A stretch of DNA of 63,342 bases from Thermoplasmatota archaeon (GTDB lineage Archaea; Thermoplasmatota; Thermoplasmata; Halarchaeoplasmatales; Halarchaeoplasmataceae), in the NCBI GenBank assembly GCA_018334755.1, contig JAGXLI010000003.1:1-63342 (forward strand), written 5' to 3'. This document shows, piece by piece, positions 56,434 through 63,342 of the stretch; the stretch's first letter is position 1, and each line of letters begins with the position of its first letter. The position numbers were made by a program, and so were the translations under genes. Below the pieces are notes generated by a model. It was given only the letters and a program-made list of their open reading frames with translations. It had not been told where the DNA came from and ran no database searches.

Positions 56434-57738
56434 TTGGGAAATATGGGTAGAAATAAGAGGATCATCACCATTATCATCATATTGAGTTTGTTGATAAATT
56501 CAGTTGGAATCATATCTGAGTTTAATATCTCTGAAAAGAGCAAAGGGGAGAGAGATACTTCAGCTTCCGAGATCGGTTCAGCTTTTGGAACTGATATTGC
56601 TCGAAATGGTGACAATCTCTATGTTCCACAGGTAGTCGATGAAGAGGGATTACTTCTATCCATGAGCGATGACAACGGGAAAACGTGGAATACAAAAAAA
56701 CTGGTTGGCTGGGATAACCTATCTTCTTCTCCAGATATAGCCATTGACGATGAATATATACATCTCGTTTTTTCTACAGATTATGAAGAGGGACCAAAAC
56801 ATATCTCAGACCTTTTTTACATGAGAAGCAAAGATGAAGGAGAGACATGGAGTAAACCCTATAAGGTAACCAAAAATGACGATCAGTTCAGATACTCTGG
56901 ATCAAGCATAGTTACAGAAGATAACATGCTCTATGTGATGGGTTATAGATTTGGAAACTCTACGGATCCATGGATATTCTCTATAAGAAGTCCAGATGAT
57001 GGGGAGAATTGGTCAGATTTTTCATATCCCGCAAAAGACCTAGATATAGTCGATTGGCCTCCAGTATCATTCTCAGTAATTGATTCAAAAATATTCCTAG
57101 CCTATTATTCAAGATCAATGACCTATTTCAAAAAAAGTGAAGATGAGGGAAACACATGGAGTTCCAAAAAAGCGCTGAATTCTCAACCAGAATATGCGGG
57201 TTTGTCTCAGATAACAGCTGAGGACGGCATATTGTTTTATGTCTATGCTGCCTGGCCTAGAGATTTCGATTCGGTTTCTTACAAAATCAAAAAAAGCTAC
57301 AACGAAGGCGAAGATTGGGAGTTCAGCGACACGATCTTGCAATATGAGATACCAGACACTGATTTTGAAGGGATAAGGTTTTACGACTTCGAGATAGAAA
57401 ACAAAACCTTAACCTTATCTTACAGTAAATATCTCGGTTCTAATAGATACAAAATTCTTTGTGAAGTGAGTTATGACGGTGGGGAAACATGGAATGAAAG
57501 TATAGAAATTTCTGAAGGTAGTTTGCTTTTATTAGCTCCTTCCACGACTTTTAGTGAAGATGGAAAAGATATCCATGTAATCTGGAACGATTATGGTGAT
57601 AAAAAAGTCCTTTATAGACAGGTAACACCCGGTAAACAGGAAGATGACAATAAGAAAAGGGCGGTTGGTATAGTAGGAATGATCCTATTAGTTCTAGTTT
57701 CAGTTTTTCTCTTTTATATTGTTTCTAGGCGGAAGTAA
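56434..57738 (+). CDS. Membrane-anchored BNR/Asp-box repeat (sialidase-like beta-propeller) protein
   Basis: 434 aa. N-terminal anchor (IITIIIILSLLINSVGII). Six SxDxGxTW-like boxes (SDDNGKTW, SKDEGETW, SPDDGENW, SEDEGNTW, SYNEGEDW, SYDGGETW). C-terminal TM helix plus RRK. Confidence 0.8.
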   Translation: MGNMGRNKRIITIIIILSLLINSVGIISEFNISEKSKGERDTSASEIGSAFGTDIARNGDNLYVPQVVDEEGLLLSMSDDNGKTWNTKKLVGWDNLSSSPDIAIDDEYIHLVFSTDYEEGPKHISDLFYMRSKDEGETWSKPYKVTKNDDQFRYSGSSIVTEDNMLYVMGYRFGNSTDPWIFSIRSPDDGENWSDFSYPAKDLDIVDWPPVSFSVIDSKIFLAYYSRSMTYFKKSEDEGNTWSSKKALNSQPEYAGLSQITAEDGILFYVYAAWPRDFDSVSYKIKKSYNEGEDWEFSDTILQYEIPDTDFEGIRFYDFEIENKTLTLSYSKYLGSNRYKILCEVSYDGGETWNESIEISEGSLLLLAPSTTFSEDGKDIHVIWNDYGDKKVLYRQVTPGKQEDDNKKRAVGIVGMILLVLVSVFLFYIVSRRK

Positions 57739-58197
57739 AGTGAGATATCAAAAAGAAGAAAAACACAACTACTTCTAAAACGCTTTTACCAGAAATCGCT
57801 CTTTGGCTTTAGAAGTGAAAAGATGGGCCAAGAATGGACCTGTAGAGGAGAGAAGGAAAAGTGCCTAGAAACTGGTGAGGATCTTTAGAAAAGTAAAAAA
57901 AAAAGGGTTTTCCCGTCTTCCGAAACCTTCTATTTTCTTCCGGTCAGGACCGTCATCGCGTTGGAGTATTCATAGCTCGGATATCCGGGTCTTTTTTGGG
58001 TTCTTGCTTTTTTCATCATCTTTCTCACAGTAGTAGTAAGGAGAGGCTCGTATATATATTATTCTTGAAAATAAAAATAGTTAAGTGTAATAGGACGGTG
58101 AAAACCTTCAACTTTGAAGTTGAAGAGATGAAAAAGACGGTTTTGGTGCATCAAAATACTTTTATCTCAAAACTTAACTCAAGATTCAAGTGAGAAG

Positions 58198-59535
58198 ATG
58201 AGTGAAGAAGAACACGCTCCCGAACAGAACTCCCTGGGAAAAGAAAATTTCGCTCCGATAGAGGAGATTCTGGAAGGTGAACACACCGGTGAAGAGGTCA
58301 AGATACGAGGATGGGTCCACAGAACGAGAGATATAGGGAATATGGTTTTTCTCAATGTCAGGGATCCCAGCGGCGTCGTTCAGACCACGATCGCCAGCGA
58401 CGAGTTCGAAGAAGAAAAATTCGAAGATCTCAAAGACCTTTTAGTTGAATCTTCTCTCAAAGTGAAGGGGGAAGTTGCCAAGGACGAGAGAGCTCCCGGA
58501 GGTTACGAGATAAGAGCTTCAGAGGCTGAAATAGTTCACGCTTCGGATGATTTTCCGATCCACGAGGATCAGAGCGTGGAGCATCTTTTGGACAATAGAC
58601 ATCTCTGGCTCAGGTCTAGAAGGATGAGAGACATCTTGAACGTAAGGTCGACCGTTTTCGAAGGCATCCACGAATTCTTCAGGGACGAAGGTTACGAGGA
58701 GTTCCACTCTCCCATCCTTACTCCAGTGGCGTGTGAAGGCGGAGCGACTCTGTTCCCGGTCGAGTACTTCGATGACCAGGTCTATCTGACTCAAAGCTGG
58801 CAGCTTTACGCCGAAGCAGCTATCTTTGGCATGGGCGATATCTACACCATAGCTCCTAGCTTCAGGGCGGAAAAGTCTCGGACGCCCAGACATCTGACCG
58901 AGTACTGGCACGCGGAAGTCGAAGGTTTGTGGCACGACCTCGACGACATCATAGACCTGGGAGAAGGCCTTGTTTTACATCTTGTAGAAAAAGTGTTGGA
59001 AAAGAATCGGGAGGAGTTGAAGAACCTGGACGTGGATCTCGAGTATTTGGAAGATCTGGAGGGTCCCTTCCCGATCATAACTTATGAAGAAGCGGTCTCT
59101 AAATTACAGGATGAAGGCATGGATGTATCATATGGTGAGGATTTCGGTGTGCCGGAAGAGAAAAAACTCACCTCTCTTTTCGATAAACCGGTCTTCGTTA
59201 CTCACTACCCCAAAGAGATAAAAGCCTTCTACATGAAGAGAGACGAAGAGGACGAATCAAAAGTGCTAGGTTACGACCTGATGGTTCCGCACGTGGGAGA
59301 ACTGATCGGAGGCAGTGTGAGAGAAACCAAGGTGGAGTCCTTGGAAAGACGGCTTGAAGAGGGCGGAGAAGATCCCTCGATATACGAGTGGTTCTTAGAT
59401 ACCAGAAGATATGGAAGCGTACCTCACGCCGGTTACGGTCTCGGCGTAGAAAGGGTCTTGATGTGGTTGTGTGATCTGGATCACATCAGGGACGCTGTAC
59501 CCTTCCCGAGGACACCTAACCGCTACCGGCCATGA
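58198..59535 (+). CDS. asnS: Asparaginyl-tRNA synthetase
   Basis: 445 aa. Class IIb motifs FRAEKSRTPRHLTEYWHAE, KAFYMK, ELIGGSVRE, FLDTRRYGSVPHAGYGLGVERVLMW. Confidence 0.88.
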   Translation: MSEEEHAPEQNSLGKENFAPIEEILEGEHTGEEVKIRGWVHRTRDIGNMVFLNVRDPSGVVQTTIASDEFEEEKFEDLKDLLVESSLKVKGEVAKDERAPGGYEIRASEAEIVHASDDFPIHEDQSVEHLLDNRHLWLRSRRMRDILNVRSTVFEGIHEFFRDEGYEEFHSPILTPVACEGGATLFPVEYFDDQVYLTQSWQLYAEAAIFGMGDIYTIAPSFRAEKSRTPRHLTEYWHAEVEGLWHDLDDIIDLGEGLVLHLVEKVLEKNREELKNLDVDLEYLEDLEGPFPIITYEEAVSKLQDEGMDVSYGEDFGVPEEKKLTSLFDKPVFVTHYPKEIKAFYMKRDEEDESKVLGYDLMVPHVGELIGGSVRETKVESLERRLEEGGEDPSIYEWFLDTRRYGSVPHAGYGLGVERVLMWLCDLDHIRDAVPFPRTPNRYRP

Positions 59536-60583
59536 CCTCCGCGTATTTTATGTAAACTTCGGCGGCTTTGACCAATTCATTCAGATCTATGAACTCATCC
59601 GGTTTGTGAGCCAGGTCAACTTTTCCCGGGCCGAATATCATCGTGTTCTCGTTCTCCTCATAAAATCTAACCATCTCCGTTCCATACGGTACCGTCCAAG
59701 TTTCAGCTTCAGCCACTTCGATGAGATTTTGAACCGCTTCCTTGTCCTGGTCCAATCTCACCGGATCCAAAAACTGTATATCTTCATATTCGAACTCCTG
59801 ATCTATCGGATCGAAGAGATACCTTTCAAGGATATCTCTATTGAAGTGGTGTGGAAAACGGACGTCCACTTCAGCTCTACACTCTTCCGGTATCACGTTC
59901 GTGGCTTCACCACCTTCTATCACGTCCACGCAGCAGCTCAACTCGTCCTTCTCCGCAGGTTTGTTGTTCTTCCGATCTAAGCTCGTCAGTATAGGCAGGA
60001 TCTTAACTATCGCGTTGTCGCCCTTCTCAGGCATGCTGGCGTGGGCGTTTTTACCTCTTGTTTTGATCTCGAACTGGAATACACCTTTCTCTTCGGTCAC
60101 CACCTGCATAGCGGTGGGTTCACACACGAGGACAGCTGGAGCTTCTTTGATCTCCTTTCTATCAGAGACTTCCATAGCTCCATTCATGGTTATCTCTTCA
60201 TCTGTGGTGAAAACGACAGAGAACGGGATATCTTTTTCTACCAGCTTCTCCGCAGCGGCGATTATCGACACACAGGGCCCCTTCATATCTAGCGTACCTC
60301 TACCGTACATCTTGTCTTCTACTATCTCGCCCTGGTCGTGCTCCCATCCCTCTCCTACCGGCACTGTATCGAGATGACCGGAGAAGCATACGCCTCCATC
60401 CTTGTAGGAAGAGATAACCACGGGATTAGCTCCCTCAGACTCTACTACCTCCGGCTCGAGTCCTATGTCTTCGAGTAATGCGGTAGTATGATCTATTATC
60501 TCGTCCATATTTCCTTCGCTTTCACTGCCGATCTTCACCATCTCTTCCAAATTTTCTTCTATAAAATCCCTCATCCTATACAC
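59516..60583 (-). CDS. M20 family metallopeptidase/deacylase (ArgE/DapE/LysK-like)
   Basis: 355 aa. FSGHLDTVPVGEGW, GRGTLDMKG, FTTDEE, LAHKPDE. Confidence 0.85.
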   Translation of the reverse strand: MYRMRDFIEENLEEMVKIGSESEGNMDEIIDHTTALLEDIGLEPEVVESEGANPVVISSYKDGGVCFSGHLDTVPVGEGWEHDQGEIVEDKMYGRGTLDMKGPCVSIIAAAEKLVEKDIPFSVVFTTDEEITMNGAMEVSDRKEIKEAPAVLVCEPTAMQVVTEEKGVFQFEIKTRGKNAHASMPEKGDNAIVKILPILTSLDRKNNKPAEKDELSCCVDVIEGGEATNVIPEECRAEVDVRFPHHFNRDILERYLFDPIDQEFEYEDIQFLDPVRLDQDKEAVQNLIEVAEAETWTVPYGTEMVRFYEENENTMIFGPGKVDLAHKPDEFIDLNELVKAAEVYIKYAEVMAGSG

Positions 60584-60586
60584 CTC

Positions 60587-61087
60587 TTATGTTAAAATCA
60601 TCATCCCGTAGAGGATCAGCAATACCACGGCGATCCCCAGGCCTATATACATCATCTTCTTGGCTATGCTTTTATCTTTACCAAATACGATCGGGATAGG
60701 GCCTATGAAGATGACCCCACCATATTTGGATTCCTTCTTAGATGTTTTTTCCGCGGGCCTCCTTTCTTCCACTTTTCCAGACCTCTCAGAGCTGTATCCC
60801 ACGGTCGACAAAACGAAGAACAAGATGAAAGAAAGGAAGATGAGTAGAACTCCTATTAACAGGTATATCCCGGATCCCGAGATAACAGGTATGAAAAATA
60901 GAAGTGTGATCGTAGCGTCGCCTTCGATGACCCCTAGTAAGACAAATAAGATACCAGAAAAAAGCACCAGTATAGGTGGGATGATCCTTTTACTCAGGTA
61001 CATCGCCTTTCTAATGTTCTGTTTACTTAATAATTTTACTCCCTTCTTTGGGTTCCTTTCGAAAGAATAATTTATGTCTAACCTCAT
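60587..61087 (-). CDS. Small membrane protein (DUF131/TIGR00304-like)
   Basis: 166 aa, four hydrophobic helices. The GGVIFIGPIPIVFG motif is reminiscent of the archaeal DUF131 family, from memory only. Confidence 0.45.
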   Translation of the reverse strand: MRLDINYSFERNPKKGVKLLSKQNIRKAMYLSKRIIPPILVLFSGILFVLLGVIEGDATITLLFFIPVISGSGIYLLIGVLLIFLSFILFFVLSTVGYSSERSGKVEERRPAEKTSKKESKYGGVIFIGPIPIVFGKDKSIAKKMMYIGLGIAVVLLILYGMMILT

Positions 61088-61096
61088 AGCTCAAAT

Positions 61097-62704
61097 ATGA
61101 ACTTCGATCCGCTCAGCTATCCTTATGACTCTCGACGTTCCGTGAACTACGCCAACAACGGTATGGTCGCGACCTCTCAACCTCTTGCGGCTCAGGCCGG
61201 CCTAGAAGTTCTTAAAAAGGGAGGTAACGCGGTCGACGCGGCCGTCGCTACCGCCGCCAGCTTGACCGTTCTAGAACCGACCTCGAACGGTATCGGCGGT
61301 GACGGATTCGCTATAGTCTGGAAAGACGGAGAACTGCATGGATTGAACTCCAGCGGACCTTCGCCAAGAGCTTTGGATATAGATACCGTGAAAGAAGAGG
61401 GCCATGAAGAGATGCCTAAATTCGGCTGGACGCCCGTGACGGTACCCGGTATCCCGGCAGCCTGGTCAGAGTTGAATGAAAGATTCGGCGAGCTGCCTTT
61501 TGAAGATGTCATCGAACCGGCGGCGGATTACGCTGAAAACGGCTATCCGATCTCGCCCATCCTGGGAAAATACTGGCAGGCCGCATACAGAGGTTACAAA
61601 GAAAATCTGGAAGAAGAAAAATTCCAAAATTGGTTTAACACTTTCGCTCCAAAAGGAAGGGCACCGGATATAGGAGAGATCTGGAGATCTAAAGATCATG
61701 CCGATACACTGAGAAAGATAGGGAAGAGCCGAGCGGAGTCTTTTTACCGAGGCGAACTAGCCGAAAAGATAGTTGAGTTTTCCAAAGAAACAGGCGGTTT
61801 TTTTGATAAAGAAGACCTGTCAGATTTTACGCCGGAATGGGTCGATCCGATAAGTGTAGATTATAGAGGACACGAGGTCTGGGAATTACCTCCGAACGGC
61901 CAGGGTATCGTTGCTCTGATGGCGCTGAACATCTTGAAGGATTTCGACTTCTCCTGTAAAGAAAAAGTAGAAACCTACCACAAACAGATAGAGGCGTTGA
62001 AGCTAGCATTCGCCGATGGAAAGAAGCTCATAACCGATCCCGAATACATGGACGTAGGACCAGAAGAACTTCTGTCCGAAGAGTACGCTTCAGAGAGGAG
62101 AGACATTATAGGAGATGAAGCTATCGAGCCGGAACCGGGCAGGCTGGGAGAGAGGGGAACTGTCTATCTAGCGACCGCCGATGGTGAAGGAAATATGGTA
62201 TCCTATATCCAGAGCAACTATATGGGCTTCGGATCCGGCCTGGTCGTGCCCGACACTGGCATAGCTTTACAGAATAGAGGTAACACTTTTTCACTCGACC
62301 CCGAACATGCCAATTGTATAGAGCCCAGAAAGAGAACGTATCATACTATCATCCCCGGATTCCTCACCAGGCAAGAGGAAGCCGTGGGTCCCTTCGGCGT
62401 GATGGGCGGCTACATGCAGCCACAGGGACATCTTCAGGTAATCATGAACTCTCTGGACTTCGATATGAATCCCCAGGCGGCTCTGGACGCGCCCAGATGG
62501 AGATGGGACGAAGAGAAAAGAGTGTATGTCGAAAAAAGTTTCGCGGATGATATAGCAAAAGCCCTGTCCAGGAAGGGTCATGATGTGAATTACTCCCTTC
62601 ACTCTGGATCTTATGGCAGGGGTCAGATCATCTGGAAAGATGAAGACGGTGTTTACGCGGGTGGAACTGAAAAGAGGACGGACGGCCATATCGCATCCTG
62701 GTGA
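61097..62704 (+). CDS. ggt: Gamma-glutamyltransferase
   Basis: 535 aa. MVATSQPLAAQAGLEVLKKGGNAVDAAVA, GGDGFAIVW, the autoprocessing-site region (GERGTVYLATADGEGNMVS) and the downstream conserved segment (GFGSGLVVPDTG), GVMGGYMQPQG. Confidence 0.9.
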   Translation: MNFDPLSYPYDSRRSVNYANNGMVATSQPLAAQAGLEVLKKGGNAVDAAVATAASLTVLEPTSNGIGGDGFAIVWKDGELHGLNSSGPSPRALDIDTVKEEGHEEMPKFGWTPVTVPGIPAAWSELNERFGELPFEDVIEPAADYAENGYPISPILGKYWQAAYRGYKENLEEEKFQNWFNTFAPKGRAPDIGEIWRSKDHADTLRKIGKSRAESFYRGELAEKIVEFSKETGGFFDKEDLSDFTPEWVDPISVDYRGHEVWELPPNGQGIVALMALNILKDFDFSCKEKVETYHKQIEALKLAFADGKKLITDPEYMDVGPEELLSEEYASERRDIIGDEAIEPEPGRLGERGTVYLATADGEGNMVSYIQSNYMGFGSGLVVPDTGIALQNRGNTFSLDPEHANCIEPRKRTYHTIIPGFLTRQEEAVGPFGVMGGYMQPQGHLQVIMNSLDFDMNPQAALDAPRWRWDEEKRVYVEKSFADDIAKALSRKGHDVNYSLHSGSYGRGQIIWKDEDGVYAGGTEKRTDGHIASW

Positions 62705-62766
62705 ACCATCAGCATCCAAAAAACAGTTATACATCATGATTTTTCATCCTATAGTAGCGGTCCCTT

Positions 62767-62867
62767 GGGCCCATAGATCAGTTGGCAGATCGTCACCTTC
62801 GCATCCTATAGAGACTTTCTGTAGGCGAGACAGGTGAAGGCCGCGGGTTCAAATCCCGCTGGGTCCA
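62767..62867 (+). tRNA. tRNA-Ala (anticodon CGC) with a canonical 37/38 intron of about 28 nt
   Basis: Acceptor GGGCCCA/TGGGTCC with G3:U70 and A73. D arm GATC-AGTTGGCA-GATC. Anticodon stem TCACC/GGTGA. Loop TTCGCA|intron 62804-62831|A. T arm GCGGG-TTCAAAT-CCCGC. The intron GCG (62826-62828) can pair with the anticodon, as expected for a bulge-helix-bulge site. Confidence 0.88.
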
Positions 62868-63050
62868 TCTTTTCTGCGAAAAATGGGTAGTTAGAATATT
62901 TGATTCTGACGGGTCCATCAGAATGATTGTAAATTTGTGCTTAGAGCCCCTCAATTCTCCTTATTGTAGACTCACCAGTCCCTGTTTTATGGTCAGAGAA
63001 GACCATACTGCCCCTCTACTGTTTGATCATCTTAGACTCTATACTGTCTC

Positions 63051-63342
63051 TCAATCCTCAAACTCCTCTAGAGAGTCAAAGATCATCTCGGATAATGCGG
63101 GTCCTATCCCTTTTACTTCTTGGATTTCGTTCTCAGAAGCATTTTTTATGTCTTCAAGGGAATGGAACCCGTTCTCATAGAGGATTTCAGCCTTAGATGG
63201 TCCTAGACCCTTTAGCTTTGATAACTCATCGATAGCTTCATCTCTCGGCAATTCTGCCGTTTCTTCCTGGATCCCCTCTTCGGCAGGAGTTTCTTCTTCG
63301 ACAAATTCCTCTTCTTCTGTTTCGACAGTTTCCTCTTTTCTC
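63051..63342 (-). CDS. Acidic helix-hairpin-helix (HhH) domain protein, 5'-partial (runs off the window)
   Basis: LSKLKGLGPSKAEIL and VKGIGPALSE HhH motifs. The reading frame stays open upstream of the TTG chosen by the ORF track to the window edge (..EETVETEEEEFVEEETPAEEGIQEETAELPRDE..). Confidence 0.6.
   Translation of the reverse strand, partial: RKEETVETEEEEFVEEETPAEEGIQEETAELPRDEAIDELSKLKGLGPSKAEILYENGFHSLEDIKNASENEIQEVKGIGPALSEMIFDSLEEFED

Noticed and set aside
57930-58019. 29-aa minus-strand ORF MMKKARTQKRPGYPSYEYSNAMTVLTGRK in the spacer before asnS
   Set aside because: Basic small peptides can be ribosomal proteins, but this matches none that I know and lies in an AT-rich spacer where random short ORFs are expected.
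59516-59535. 20-nt convergent overlap of the asnS and M20 peptidase 3' ends
   Set aside because: Both ORFs are well supported to their ends. Short convergent overlaps are common in compact genomes and need no special explanation.
62745-62811. 10-nt direct repeat CATCCTATAG upstream of tRNA-Ala (62745-62754) and at the anticodon/intron border (62802-62811)
   Set aside because: It is a single short repeat, the chance expectation over this neighbourhood is not negligible, and I know of no mechanism that needs it. I noted it but did not develop it.
62613-62837. 74-aa plus-strand ORF
   Set aside because: It overlaps the ggt 3' end out of frame and reads through tRNA-Ala, so it is spurious.

Overview
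Archaeal chromosomal segment, densely coding: about 60 protein genes and 2 tRNAs. I saw no rRNA, CRISPR array, transposase or integrase. Archaeal hallmarks are TBP, the uL1-uL10(P0)-P1 operon, Nop10, a PAC2 chaperone, archaemetzincin, the HMG-CoA synthase/thiolase/DUF35 trio, a split transketolase and an intron-containing tRNA-Ala. Proteins are strikingly acidic (long D/E tails), the signature of a salt-in halophile. GC looks mid-40s % by eye (not computed). The centre of the window (6.8-32 kb) is an acyl-CoA metabolism block. Its most unusual part is a minus-strand, almost gap-free array acd-etfB-etfA / thl-hbd-crt-hdrC-hdrB-hdrA-mvhD-mvhG-mvhA (10895-23032). It physically joins a clostridial-type butyryl-CoA pathway, with a potentially bifurcating Acd/EtfAB, to a complete Mvh hydrogenase-heterodisulfide reductase set, and no methanogenesis gene is in sight. 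This is my best candidate for an undescribed system: an H2-linked short-chain acyl-CoA redox module with two flavin-based bifurcating units. Other points: (1) a B12 acyl-CoA mutase whose large subunit has His/Gln at the Tyr89/Arg207 signature positions, so not a canonical methylmalonyl-CoA mutase; (2) an archaeal thiolase paralogue in the HMGCS/DUF35 operon that has lost the nucleophilic Cys and the GHP His; (3) a family III CoA-transferase homologue without the catalytic Asp; (4) a relic SDR pseudogene; (5) five tandem hairpins sharing a GGAAYTT half-site upstream of metK; (6) a tight lplA-radical SAM-methyltransferase-larA-like operon; (7) a 997-aa REC-(PAS-GAF)x2-PAS-PAS protein with a degenerate receiver and no kinase ATPase domain; (8) an AT-richer islet encoding a BNR/sialidase-like surface protein. 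All homology calls come from motif recognition by eye; no database search was run.
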